Origin: a virus
Direction: 5' to 3' (one strand)
DNA: 64,000 nt
Virus record (IMG/VR): IMGVR_UViG_3300027792_000010
Shown one piece after another: positions 19,301 through 28,751 of the stretch. The notes beneath the pieces are model-generated. The model saw only the letters and a list, made by a program, of their open reading frames with translations, was not told the origin of the DNA and did not search any database. The translations under genes and the position numbers were made by a program. Position 1 is the stretch's first letter. Every line of letters begins with the position of its first letter.

Positions 19301-20505
19301 TCAAAGGTGATATAGTAGCAGATAACTCAATTCTTACTAAGCACCTTTCAGTAGGTACTACTTTATCAGAAGCTGATACAGATTATTCTATTTATGTTGA
19401 AGGTGATAGTATATTCAAGGGAACAATTACAGTAGATAATTTGAAATTTTCTGGTGCTCAGTCAGCATCCGGTAGTGAGATAACTACACCTGCAGATATA
19501 ATTGTGTATCAAACTGGTCTAGAATATATAATACCGCCAGTAGGGAATATTCTTAGAACTAAGAAATTATCCCATACTAATAAGACCATTTTGAACAATA
19601 AAGGAGCACTTGGTGGAGTACTCCTTGATCCTACAGGGACACCAAGCACACCACCCCAAATATGGGCCCCATCAGAGAACTCAGCCTTATTTGCACATGA
19701 TACCCTTTCATACGCAAACAATCAATTTATCGGGACTTCTAACCAAATCGTAACAACTACAGATATATCTAAAAAAAATGATCCAAAATTATGGAGAAGG
19801 TATACAGATTGTATACTTTTAGCTAACCTTGGAACGCTGAGGGTACAGTGGGTAGGGTACGTTGTTCAAGATATTTCGGGGACTGATTTTAGTATATCTA
19901 ATGATGTAGCGTATCGTACAGCCCCTAATAGTGTAATTCAGTCTTATGAGTTTGAATCACCTTACTTCAGAAATAGATCCGGCGGCTCAATTATTAACTG
20001 GATGCCTGGAAGAAGATTTGGGGATGAAAATCTTATAGCTCATATACAATTAGATCTTGTAGGTACATACCCAGGTCAGTTCTGTGGATCTATTGGTCAA
20101 ATATTTGTACCTGATATATACAGTACTAATGCTCCAGTATCCATTTATGTGCCTATGGATAGTTGGGAAAGGTTTTGTATTAATGAGCAAACTATATCAT
20201 CAACAACTGCAGCATATAGTTACCTATTGTACTATAAGCATGAAAAGGCTATAAATAATTTTACAAGAGTAACTTTGGAAAGAAAAACAGATGGTACTAA
20301 TAGCCCCTATAATCCAGTATTTGAAACTTGGTATGTAGGTATTATGCCAAGGATTAATAATCAGAAGAGAGTGAACTACGAAAATAGTAATACTGATAAG
20401 TTGTTCATTGGGGAGTGGGACCTTGATTTAGTTATGTATCCAGAAGCAATTGGAAGATGTTCTAATATGATAGGCCAGATGTACGTGTCTTATATGCAGG
20501 GGTAA
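16399..20505 (+). CDS. large virion structural protein (baseplate/tail-fibre-like)
   Basis: N-terminal YDERKRYYYLWQRINKPLLDDEVRNMQ resembles the N-terminus of phage baseplate-wedge/fibre proteins. Later beta-rich VxGxxxA-type repeats. 11 G-x-T-G motifs. Confidence 0.6.
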   Translation: MGSKPFKDQFYSNIIVYDERKRYYYLWQRINKPLLDDEVRNMQLSLVDQMRRSIQGIAGDVAVPIAPYARSQDPVNPDATILNYFKVVENGMANSFKVIGGSGIDNPAIMFVKGFYVFLTGDINYTDQNDSGALIDPSFTETPIPDLSTPTSDRVDVVYIDFSFGEVSPTLGANASEYTDTNLRNPIVGTETGNRLRAIFDIRVWEDYVNKKIDGTNRISTVQPLSQNIFTSSDFLGSIDLTDPEANPIYKQHFLVPIAILNRNSATITQDQIVDLLGLYDKRILSTDEISYRSRHGGYGETAVYELALSSELYGLTGIPRYPNAVVDESAFATGLNQGFASEAFNTNSVTPRILQNEGKFNMGSLLIGGETGPITYPISALTGAEQLHRGELLANELSTKSLAVGFDRGVTGAREYVDRLSIEMQGVTATAVGIRIQNSTGETGTLAAFLRGQSLGDTGNYVSVDYLGRMGINTKEPGWSGPDTVWNDTDSSNIVFDVDDSGKVRANLFVDGKLFVLGYVYGPSWQIPSYVSPETPAIFGFTGLVNNYNGAIPTYHKGITGRASFYIRPGMAVVGDTGIPGYTGTFGFYECFDGNGDRVFTIGSLGEDFDRVVKSLYGNGQRVLFYTSNSFKYLPSGYNELSNGDEVNIQGFDFEGNLINASYLVTGINGGTGTVGLTGIYDVAQFIQSEFAQTKVIVQLDPYDEARTISTRYGNEGKLIISDLEDNSLLEITSLTVGRPLLDPITISLIKSKWYGSGLYGGDILNLKFAKLDLGEAADAWLFNGDVFFNGNGYLNRVTFSPNVIFRDDVFVYGNFVADTTTFNGAKINALTVNVSLKVDGIAAIHDSLVVGYPLDQAFNAFNGEVLSYNKLAVLVDGDVRANGFYALPEADIDPNQFGTFAVRTRYYKEKLSLEINGTYGSASNPLGWHLIDNRPGVTIDGTSSLNTIVVDYSNGRGTYGNVLLNVKGDIVADNSILTKHLSVGTTLSEADTDYSIYVEGDSIFKGTITVDNLKFSGAQSASGSEITTPADIIVYQTGLEYIIPPVGNILRTKKLSHTNKTILNNKGALGGVLLDPTGTPSTPPQIWAPSENSALFAHDTLSYANNQFIGTSNQIVTTTDISKKNDPKLWRRYTDCILLANLGTLRVQWVGYVVQDISGTDFSISNDVAYRTAPNSVIQSYEFESPYFRNRSGGSIINWMPGRRFGDENLIAHIQLDLVGTYPGQFCGSIGQIFVPDIYSTNAPVSIYVPMDSWERFCINEQTISSTTAAYSYLLYYKHEKAINNFTRVTLERKTDGTNSPYNPVFETWYVGIMPRINNQKRVNYENSNTDKLFIGEWDLDLVMYPEAIGRCSNMIGQMYVSYMQG

Positions 20506-20508
20506 AAT

Positions 20509-20697
20509 ATGCCTGGAGAATTAGGTGGTGAAGACGATCTTTCAATGAATGTAGGTCATTATGATAGGCTCTATGATAATTCAGGAGAGTGGATGAATGA
20601 TGTAAATAGACCGTATGATGATTCTGAGAAAAAACAGAAAGAAAGAATATTAAATAAGATGAGATCCAGATTATATCGTAGAAAGGACAAAGAATGA
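20509..20697 (+). CDS. small hypothetical protein
   Basis: 62 aa, tightly packed, with GGGG RBS. Confidence 0.6.
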   Translation: MPGELGGEDDLSMNVGHYDRLYDNSGEWMNDVNRPYDDSEKKQKERILNKMRSRLYRRKDKE

Positions 20698-21116
20698 GTG
20701 AAGTAAATAAGATGATATCAGATGTTTCTTCACTATCTAAAAAGATAGCGAAAGACCTTGATACTCTTTCTAGCGTCTACCATAGGCTTTTTGATGACAT
20801 CAATCGCAGATTCAAAGAAGAGCTTTTAAGGCAGGATGGAAAGATTAAGGGTCTTGAAGATTTTTACTCTTTGGTTATCCTGCTAAAAGGGGATAAGACA
20901 AAAGTGAGAAACGTATTATCAATTTTAGGTGGTTTAAAAGATATCTCTCATTTTAATGTTTCTGAAGAGGCTTTAGAAGAAGAACGAGATAGAAAATCTG
21001 AGGCAGAAGAAATGATTAATATTTTGGAACAAGTTTCTAATCGGGATTATGGGGAAGCTATAGAATTTCCAGAAGCAGATATAGATGAGATATTAGAAGA
21101 AACAGACGATAAATAG
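20694..21116 (+). CDS. hypothetical coiled-coil/acidic protein
   Basis: 140 aa, ATGA overlap with the previous gene. Confidence 0.7.
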   Translation: MSEVNKMISDVSSLSKKIAKDLDTLSSVYHRLFDDINRRFKEELLRQDGKIKGLEDFYSLVILLKGDKTKVRNVLSILGGLKDISHFNVSEEALEEERDRKSEAEEMINILEQVSNRDYGEAIEFPEADIDEILEETDDK

Positions 21117-21127
21117 GGGATAAGAAT

Positions 21128-24100
21128 ATGGCAATGAATAAGCAGGGAACAGTAAAAACTAGAGTTGTTAAAGGTTCAAGGGACGATATAACTGTGCAAG
21201 ATACTCACACTATTAAGCCATCTACTCGTTTGACGGAAAAAGAGGTTAAAGCTCGTCAGCTTAAGAAGTATGCTACTACTACTTTTGGTTTTGGGGCTAG
21301 AAACGCTTTTTCTGGTGGCGATATTAGTATGAGTTCCCAGGGAAACTTTTACTCACCACAGCTATCTACAGATTTCTTAGAGAAACCTCAAAACCTTAGA
21401 GAACGTAGAGCATGGTATCGTCAGTTCTACAATGGTAATGAGTTTGTAGGTGCTGCAATCGATCTTCATTCATCATTACCTCTTTCTAAGATAAGACTTG
21501 AAAAACCTAAATGTGAAAATGAGAAACTAGGAGAATATGTCTATACTTTTTTTGAAGATATGTGTAACGACGTAAATCTCTTTAAGGTACTAAGAGAAAT
21601 GAGTCATGAGTATTGGTTGATGGGCAACTGCACAAGTCGTAATTCATTGATTTTAAATGAGTTACGAGGTTTTACTAAAGCAGAGGAAGTTAAAGTAGGC
21701 GACAAAGTTCTTACGCATAATAATAGATTTAGAAAAGTTACAAAAAAATGCTCAAGAATAGCCGATAAAATTAATGAAATCTACTTATACCGAACATTTG
21801 ATACATTAGAGCTAACGGATGAACATCCCGTAGAAGTTTATAGAAATGGTAAATTTGAATTTATTCAGGTTAAAGACTTAACTATAAATGACTATGTAAG
21901 AGTAACCTGGCCAGATGAAACAATAGATGTAAGTACTATAAATTATTTAGAAGGATTTGAGAACATAAAGATAACTGAAACTGGTTATGATAAAGAAGTA
22001 ACTATAAAAAGGGAGCGTCAAGAACAAGCTCAAATGTGTAGGGAAAAATTTCTTTTATGGCTGTCTCAGTTAAAAGAACCAACCGTTAAAACAAGGGATG
22101 AGATAGCTCAGGAATTAGGAACTACTCGCTGCACTTTAGATAATGTTCTTTTACAGATAAAAAAAGAGATTGGTAAAATATTTTCTAAAAGACTCGGAGC
22201 TAAAGGGTATCAGAAGGGTTCACAAGTAGAGTGGCAACCTATATCATATGAAGATTACAAAGAGATATATACTATAAAAAGAACTGAGAAGTTCATAGCC
22301 CCGCACACAATAGAGATAGATGAGGACTTTTGTTATTTACTCGGGTACTGGTTAGGTGACGGTACTCTTGCTAGAGATAATGCAAGACCAGATAAGTGGG
22401 GAAGAGGTATTTGGAATATAGTATTTGGTGGTAAATCTGTAGAGCATGCTAATAAGATACGCTCTATACTTATTAAAAAATTTGGTGAGAGTGCAATAAA
22501 GGAGTGGGACACAGAAATAGAGTACTATGAAGGAAAATTTAGTACTATTAAAACTTTAAAAGTAGGGTCTAACCCAGCTTTTGTTGAATGGTGGGCTTCT
22601 CATTTTGGAGAGACCTATCACGGTAAAAATAAGAAAAGAATACCTATTTGGATAAATCAACTACCTAAGAATAAGCTTTATGCATTATTGGCAGGTCTTA
22701 TAGATTCTGACGGGTCTGTATCTGGAAAATACTATGCATTAGGATTAACATCAGATACTATAATTAGATCTGTAAGAGATATAGCATTAAAATGCGGTAT
22801 TATGTGTAGTGCCTCTAAAAGAAAATGTAGGTATGATAGTAAACTTCTTAGAAATAAAATAAATAACTGTAGGGACTTTTATATAATTTTACTAAGAGGT
22901 GAGGACTGTATTAATACTATAGGTAATATAGCGATTAAGAAAATAATAGATAATCCTACAATGGTATTTAAAAGTAGTAAGTACATAAAAACTGAATCTG
23001 GTGATATTGCTTTTAAGGTAAAATCAATAGTAGAAAAAGACTATAATGATTTAGTATATAATTTTGAGGTAGAAGAAGATCATACCTATCAGGTAAATGG
23101 TTTTAGTACACATAATTGTTTCATTTTCGCTGAAGATCATGACCCTTATAATGTAGATGATGACGAAATAGAAAAAATAAAAGAAGAAGGTAGAGGGAGA
23201 GCTTTAATGCTCTACGATAAATTCAAGATAAGAGACAAAGATCCTAACTATAAGGGATGGAGAAAACTAATCGTATTACCTCCTGATCAAGTTCGAATAA
23301 AGAAGATGCCTCTTACGGATGACTCGCTTGTAGAGTTCATGCCTGACCCAGACACCAAGAAGATGATTACTGGGCAGCCTGATAGGATTTATGGTCAACC
23401 TCAAGGCATTAATGAGCAGTTTGAGAGATTAAGGGGCAAGCTACCTGAAAGCCTTATTGGAAAGCTGGAAGAGGGTGGAAGTATTCCTATGGATACTGAC
23501 CCCTTCACAGGTTCTTTTGTGTTTCATCTGGCAAGAAAAAAGAGTCAGTATGAAACCCTTGGTGTTTCTATTCTTGAAAGATGTATAAATACTTTGCTAC
23601 TTCAGGATAAGCTGCGTCAAGCACAGACATCTATTGCCAGCAGGCATATGACCCCAATTCGTATAGTATGGGGAGAGGAGCTTAGCGGAGACCAGACAGA
23701 TGAGTTGAGGGAGCAGGTTGATATGGCTCTTGTGGACCCAGACTTCTCAATAATAGCTAACTATCAGGTTAACTGGGAAGAGATGGGAAGTGGCGGTCGT
23801 TTATTAGAGCTTTCGTCCGAATACGATCATATTGAAAACTCTCTGTTTGCCGGGTTGAATGTAACCAGAGAAATGCTTACGGGAGAAGGTACTTATTCAG
23901 GAAATAAGATAACTCTTCATATCATGAATAACATATACTTGAATTTTAGAGATGATTTACAGGAATATGTAGAGAATTATCTATTTAAGCCAATAGCCTA
24001 TAGAAAAGGCTTTATAGAAAAAGATGAGTTTGGAAGAGAAAAGTTGATATATCCAAGATTAACATTTACAAGATTAGCTATCAAAGATAATGATGCCTAC

Positions 24101-24538
24101 TTCGATCAGCTGTTTCAGTTATATCAAAAAGGTTCAATATCTATTGATGTCATACTTGATATCTTTAACATCGATCCTGTGGCGACAAAAAAGAAACTCG
24201 AATCTGATCTATTCACAGTTAATGATCCGACATTCAATACTTTCTTACAGGCTATGTACAATTCAGCTGGTAGTGATTTTGCTTCTAAGTATGATATTAA
24301 TGGTGCTATGGCTAAGTATTTGAATGTTCCTGAGCTTCCTCCTGGAACACAAGGAGAAGAAGGAGGGCTTGGGGGTTTAGGCGGATTAGGTGGGGGTTCT
24401 GATGCGGGGGCTAGCAGGTTTGCCTCCACACTTAATAAGAGCCAAAAAGACGCAATGGCTAACTTAATGAAGTTGGCTCTTCAGAATCCAGATAAGTTGG
24501 ATAAGTTAACCCAAATCTTCAAAAAGAAGCAACAGTAA
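21128..24538 (+). CDS. portal protein, intein-containing
   Basis: Position between terminase and prohead protease. Extein motifs WYRQFY..NEFVGAAIDLHSSLP, FHLARKKSQYETLGVSILERC, Gly-rich C-terminal tail. About 640 aa after splicing. Confidence 0.75.
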   Translation: MAMNKQGTVKTRVVKGSRDDITVQDTHTIKPSTRLTEKEVKARQLKKYATTTFGFGARNAFSGGDISMSSQGNFYSPQLSTDFLEKPQNLRERRAWYRQFYNGNEFVGAAIDLHSSLPLSKIRLEKPKCENEKLGEYVYTFFEDMCNDVNLFKVLREMSHEYWLMGNCTSRNSLILNELRGFTKAEEVKVGDKVLTHNNRFRKVTKKCSRIADKINEIYLYRTFDTLELTDEHPVEVYRNGKFEFIQVKDLTINDYVRVTWPDETIDVSTINYLEGFENIKITETGYDKEVTIKRERQEQAQMCREKFLLWLSQLKEPTVKTRDEIAQELGTTRCTLDNVLLQIKKEIGKIFSKRLGAKGYQKGSQVEWQPISYEDYKEIYTIKRTEKFIAPHTIEIDEDFCYLLGYWLGDGTLARDNARPDKWGRGIWNIVFGGKSVEHANKIRSILIKKFGESAIKEWDTEIEYYEGKFSTIKTLKVGSNPAFVEWWASHFGETYHGKNKKRIPIWINQLPKNKLYALLAGLIDSDGSVSGKYYALGLTSDTIIRSVRDIALKCGIMCSASKRKCRYDSKLLRNKINNCRDFYIILLRGEDCINTIGNIAIKKIIDNPTMVFKSSKYIKTESGDIAFKVKSIVEKDYNDLVYNFEVEEDHTYQVNGFSTHNCFIFAEDHDPYNVDDDEIEKIKEEGRGRALMLYDKFKIRDKDPNYKGWRKLIVLPPDQVRIKKMPLTDDSLVEFMPDPDTKKMITGQPDRIYGQPQGINEQFERLRGKLPESLIGKLEEGGSIPMDTDPFTGSFVFHLARKKSQYETLGVSILERCINTLLLQDKLRQAQTSIASRHMTPIRIVWGEELSGDQTDELREQVDMALVDPDFSIIANYQVNWEEMGSGGRLLELSSEYDHIENSLFAGLNVTREMLTGEGTYSGNKITLHIMNNIYLNFRDDLQEYVENYLFKPIAYRKGFIEKDEFGREKLIYPRLTFTRLAIKDNDAYFDQLFQLYQKGSISIDVILDIFNIDPVATKKKLESDLFTVNDPTFNTFLQAMYNSAGSDFASKYDINGAMAKYLNVPELPPGTQGEEGGLGGLGGLGGGSDAGASRFASTLNKSQKDAMANLMKLALQNPDKLDKLTQIFKKKQQ
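21629..23116 (+). mobile_element. intein with LAGLIDADG endonuclease and extra HTH-like insertion (496 aa)
   Basis: Starts CTSRNS, ends VNGFSTHN, +1 residue Cys. Motifs LLGYWLGDG and LLAGLIDSDG. Confidence 0.93.
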
Positions 24539-24539
24539 T

Positions 24540-24923
24540 ATGCGATCAATAATCTCTAAATATCTAAGACGTATAGTAGCTGGTATTGAAGTTACTGAAG
24601 AACAGGATGGGTTCAAGGATAATCCAGTACTCAAAGATGTTAAGCCACGACAACCAGAAGATATAATAGAACCTCAGGATATGAAATCTAATAAAAAGAC
24701 TAAACAAGTCTTACCTGAGGATAGAAAAGTAGAAAAAGAAAAAGTAGTAACGAAGACACCAGATATAAAGCCTTCCAGAAAAGAGCATACTACTGGAGAA
24801 TGGGAGTACTCAGAGAAGATGAGACAGTATCAGGAAGATAATAGGGCTAACGGTAATGGCACATATCTTAAGAAAAAAATAAATCCTGAAACTGATAAGA
24901 GATTTAAGAATAAAGGAGAATAG
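24540..24923 (+). CDS. hypothetical probable internal virion protein
   Basis: MRSIISKYLRRIVAG leader followed by charged low-complexity sequence. Confidence 0.7.
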   Translation: MRSIISKYLRRIVAGIEVTEEQDGFKDNPVLKDVKPRQPEDIIEPQDMKSNKKTKQVLPEDRKVEKEKVVTKTPDIKPSRKEHTTGEWEYSEKMRQYQEDNRANGNGTYLKKKINPETDKRFKNKGE

Positions 24924-24925
24924 AT

Positions 24926-25216
24926 ATGTCTAAGGTCCCTAAAGAGCTTGAGAAGCAGATAGAAACAATGGATAAGATAATATCTGCTTTGAATGATTTA
25001 GTTGATGATAACAAGATATCAATGGAGTACTACGGAAAAGATTTCCAAGAACCCATTGTAGAGTTAAGAAAAATGGGACTTGAACTTAGAGATAAGTTAC
25101 AAGTTTTCAAAGGAAATATGGAATATGCTATCGGTGAACAATATAACACTAGTAGTAGATTTGCTTCGGCTAGGGGTGTTATCGATAGATTCTTATCAAA
25201 GAGTTATACAGAATAA
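24926..25216 (+). CDS. hypothetical coiled-coil protein
   Basis: 96 aa with a C-terminal SRFASARG motif. Confidence 0.7.
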   Translation: MSKVPKELEKQIETMDKIISALNDLVDDNKISMEYYGKDFQEPIVELRKMGLELRDKLQVFKGNMEYAIGEQYNTSSRFASARGVIDRFLSKSYTE

Positions 25217-25228
25217 TCTATTAATATA
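25213..25228 (+). promoter_or_regulatory. class B (probable late) promoter motif
   Basis: ataatctattaatata, overlapping the TAA of the upstream gene. Confidence 0.55.
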
Positions 25229-25268
25229 CTAAAGTAAATGATTAAGATACATCCGAAAGGATCTGATA

Positions 25269-26513
25269 ATGGCTAATATTGATAAAGACAAAAAGCAGGA
25301 CAAAAAAGAAGAGAAGAAAGACAAGCCTAAGACGGACGATAGGGTTAAAGATACCAAGAAGGACGACTTGAAGGCTATGGCTAATAATCTTCTTTTAAAA
25401 CATCCAGAGATACTGAATAATGCTAGACATCTATTCAGAAATGAAAATGGTACTACTATAGTTCAAGAAGTAGTACCAAGAGGAGATGCTAAACCAAGTG
25501 ATATTCAGGTTCAAGGTGATATTCAGGATATGGATTTAAGAGGATTAGCAGTATATGCTAAAGCTCTTCTTAATGATAAGCTATTAAAGTACGATAAGAG
25601 AGTAGCCTATGAAGATGCACTTTGGAGTGCTATTAAGACCAAGGATAATGGTAAGTACCAAGGTAAGGTAAATGCCAGCACTTTTGATTTGATATTGAGC
25701 TACTTAGAGGGTATGAGAACTGCCAAAGATCTTGGAAAAAAGCCACAGTTAGATGAAAAAGAAAATGTCCCTGTGGAAGTAAAACCTGCTGAAGAGAAAA
25801 TAGAAAAGAAACCAGAAGATAAGCCTAAAGAGAATGAACCTAAAAAGGTTGTTCAGGTCACAGAGGTTACCAGAAAAATTATGACCCCTGGACAAGAACA
25901 AGCTCTTAAAGGAGAGACTCCTAAAGGTGAAAAACCAGAATATGTCTCTGAGACTGATAAGAAAAAATATCAGAAGTTTCAAGATCAGGAAGATAGTAAG
26001 AATCAGGATGATAAGTCCAAATTAGATAAAGAAGCCAATAATGGGAGGAATGATATGGAAAATGAAAAAATCCTTAAGACGATAGAGGCTATGGAAAATC
26101 AGATATCTGAACTCAAGAAAAGTTTGGAAGAAAAAGAAGAGAAGAAGGATGACTCTGTTGAAGCTAGTACTGGTGTAAAGAATATTCTTGAATCTCTAGA
26201 CAAGATTGCCGGACAACTTGAAGAGACTCAGCAGTTAGAGCTTCTTAAGGTAGCCTATAGTATTGATGCTATCTCAGATGTTATTGAAGGAAAGAGAACC
26301 GCAGCAACTCTCGAATCTGACCTTGATGAAGAGTACATGAAGAAGTATTTCAAAGGCGGATTGAGAGAGGGAGATGCAGATGAGAAGTCTTATATGGGTG
26401 AGTTTAACTCTGATATTACAACTCAGGTAGAACAGGCTCAAGGTCAGCTTGCAAAGGGTAAAAGCGGGATCAAATTAGCTTCTAATAGACCATATGTAAT
26501 TCTCAAGGACTAA
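25269..26513 (+). CDS. head-associated charged protein, possibly with a nested in-frame product from ATG 26055
   Basis: Lys/Asp/Glu-rich with C-terminal coiled coil. Internal GGAGG-N-ATG. Confidence 0.75.
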   Translation: MANIDKDKKQDKKEEKKDKPKTDDRVKDTKKDDLKAMANNLLLKHPEILNNARHLFRNENGTTIVQEVVPRGDAKPSDIQVQGDIQDMDLRGLAVYAKALLNDKLLKYDKRVAYEDALWSAIKTKDNGKYQGKVNASTFDLILSYLEGMRTAKDLGKKPQLDEKENVPVEVKPAEEKIEKKPEDKPKENEPKKVVQVTEVTRKIMTPGQEQALKGETPKGEKPEYVSETDKKKYQKFQDQEDSKNQDDKSKLDKEANNGRNDMENEKILKTIEAMENQISELKKSLEEKEEKKDDSVEASTGVKNILESLDKIAGQLEETQQLELLKVAYSIDAISDVIEGKRTAATLESDLDEEYMKKYFKGGLREGDADEKSYMGEFNSDITTQVEQAQGQLAKGKSGIKLASNRPYVILKD

Positions 26514-26533
26514 GGTTCCGAAAGGACACTACT

Positions 26534-27106
26534 ATGCCAGGATTATATCCTAACCCATCTGCGGCTCCTGAGAATTTTCATGTTGGAGAAGCAGTTAGGT
26601 ATTTCGTAAATGAGCGAGAGATATCACCCTATGTAGGTAGGGTGACAGCTATTTGTCCAGGTATTCAAAAGGTTTGGGTCGAATGGCCTGTTGGTGGAAA
26701 TACTCAGATGGACCCGGAATACCTTATTAAGGTACCTATATTTCAAGGAATACCTACAGTAGAAGAAGATACTGGGTATTCTAGTTTTGATAAAGATAGG
26801 TCAAATAAGGAATATGGTACTATAAAGCAAGAAAAAGCTGTAAGACTCGCTCATAATATTATTAAAGAAAAAATGAGTGCTGAAGAAAATAAGAATAAGG
26901 TAGAAGAGCTAGCCTCTAAGGTTGCTAGTTCCTTTGCTAATAACGTAATAAATAAACTTTCTTCAGATATAGTAGAATGTAAAGGTAAGGATCTTAGTGA
27001 TATAGAAGCATATCAAAGGATATATCCTAAGTACGCAAGTACGTGTTCCGATCACATTATTAGGTATGCGATAGAAAACATATACGCCTCAACTGATGGA
27101 GAGTAA
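26534..27106 (+). CDS. hypothetical head-region protein
   Basis: 190 aa with an SH3-like N-terminus (VGEAVRY...VGRVTAI...KVWVEWP). Confidence 0.7.
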   Translation: MPGLYPNPSAAPENFHVGEAVRYFVNEREISPYVGRVTAICPGIQKVWVEWPVGGNTQMDPEYLIKVPIFQGIPTVEEDTGYSSFDKDRSNKEYGTIKQEKAVRLAHNIIKEKMSAEENKNKVEELASKVASSFANNVINKLSSDIVECKGKDLSDIEAYQRIYPKYASTCSDHIIRYAIENIYASTDGE

Positions 27107-27109
27107 GCT

Positions 27110-28660
27110 ATGGCAATGAGAAAAGAAGGTCATGCTTCTATAGCGGAGCTTGCCATAGATCCATTCAAATGGGTTGATAAGAAAGCATCTCCTTCGCGTG
27201 TAAAAGTAGCTAAGGACATAGTTGCTCAATACGATCCTGGTAAATGGCTTTTGAGTCACGCTACTATTATTGCTTCAGTGGATGTAGATATAGCGGACCA
27301 AAGTAATACAAAAGGTAACTATTGGATTAAGCCAGAGTACTCTATGTTTGTGAATAATAATGGAGATTCTTGGGAAAGAGAACTTCTTAAGAAATGTTAC
27401 CAGACATTTGTAGGCTCTGATAATTATGTAGAGCATGTCCAGATACCAGAATTATCTAAAGGAAAAATTGTTGATGTAGCTCTAAGGGAGATACCTTTTA
27501 TGAAGGGTCCTGAGGGACACGACCTCACAACTCTTTACGTAGATATCTTAATTGCTACAAACAAAAAGCATACAGACTTAATCGATAAAATTAAGTCAGG
27601 TGATTATAACGCCATGAGTATGGGCTGTTTGATAGAATACTCCCAGTGCTCACAGTGTGGTAAAATTGCTAAAGATGAGTCAGAATCTTGTGATCACGTT
27701 AGATACTTTAAGAAGAACTATTTCTATGATCCTAATGGTACAAAAAGAATCATCGCTGAGTTATGCGGTAGAGCAGAAGATCCAGGAAGCTGCAAATTCA
27801 TAGAAGCAAGCTGGGTAAAGAAACCAGCTTTTGAAGGTGCTGTTCTTAGGAATATTGTAGAACCATCAGCAGGTTTTGACAGCAAATTCCAAATAGCTTT
27901 AGGTATGCCCTCTTATGTAGCTAAGCCTGGAGATATTCTAAGGGCTGCTTCAGACGCTGCTGCTAAGCTTGTTAATGAAATTGAAGGTCAAGATGAGAAG
28001 GAAGATAAAGCACCAGCTGATGATGCAGGTTTTCCAGAGGCCCCTGCAGAAAAAGATACTCCAGTAGAAGAAGATACTGGAGAAGGTGTGCCTCTTGGAG
28101 ATTTAGCGGGTGCCCCTGCTGATGCTGCTCCTTCAGAAGAGCAGCCTGAAGTACCAGTACCAGAGGGCGATGCTTCTGTAAAAGAGGTTAAAGATTTGCT
28201 AAAGAGGCAGATACTTAATGAGATCAGAGATGAATTGTATAAAAAGAGTCCTGGAGGCAAGGCAGAACCTGAGGATAGACCTATAGGGTTAGAGAATGAT
28301 ACTAACGACTCTTTAGTTAAAGAAGCTTCTTATAAGAGAATCGTAAAAGCTGCTAAGGAAACAGGTAATGATAGATTAGTTAATGGTCTACTTATATTGT
28401 CTAATCTTAAAGAGTGGGATAGACTTAAGAGATATGGGTATACTAAGAGTGATGTAATAGGTATGCTTCACTTCGTAGATAAAATAGCATCATCTATACC
28501 ACTTAGTAGGGATATTGTAGAGTCTCTATCTGTAACAAAAGATAGTTCAGATTTAAAATCTTTTTTTACAGAGATTATAATAGAGACTGGAAGAAAGCTT
28601 AGTAGTACAGAAGCACGTAAACTTGCTAGTTGGAAACAAATAATAGATAAGGTAAAATAG
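27110..28660 (+). CDS. prohead maturation protease (HK97/herpes-like fold) with Cys-rich insertion and acidic tail
   Basis: GKIVDV, IDKIKSG..NAMSMGC, CSQCG..C.H, ELCG, FIEASWVKKPAF (cf. xExSxVxxPA). Lies upstream of scaffold, decoration and MCP genes. Confidence 0.7.
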   Translation: MAMRKEGHASIAELAIDPFKWVDKKASPSRVKVAKDIVAQYDPGKWLLSHATIIASVDVDIADQSNTKGNYWIKPEYSMFVNNNGDSWERELLKKCYQTFVGSDNYVEHVQIPELSKGKIVDVALREIPFMKGPEGHDLTTLYVDILIATNKKHTDLIDKIKSGDYNAMSMGCLIEYSQCSQCGKIAKDESESCDHVRYFKKNYFYDPNGTKRIIAELCGRAEDPGSCKFIEASWVKKPAFEGAVLRNIVEPSAGFDSKFQIALGMPSYVAKPGDILRAASDAAAKLVNEIEGQDEKEDKAPADDAGFPEAPAEKDTPVEEDTGEGVPLGDLAGAPADAAPSEEQPEVPVPEGDASVKEVKDLLKRQILNEIRDELYKKSPGGKAEPEDRPIGLENDTNDSLVKEASYKRIVKAAKETGNDRLVNGLLILSNLKEWDRLKRYGYTKSDVIGMLHFVDKIASSIPLSRDIVESLSVTKDSSDLKSFFTEIIIETGRKLSSTEARKLASWKQIIDKVK

Positions 28661-28669
28661 TGATTTATA

Positions 28670-28685
28670 ATAATCTATTAATATC
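28670..28685 (+). promoter_or_regulatory. class B (probable late) promoter motif
   Basis: ataatctattaatatc, flanked by the inverted repeat tagtgat/atcacta. Confidence 0.6.
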
Positions 28686-28751
28686 ACTAAAATAGTGAGT
28701 TTGAATATAGAATTTTTCTCTATATCGTATTGTTAAATAGGAGGATATCAG

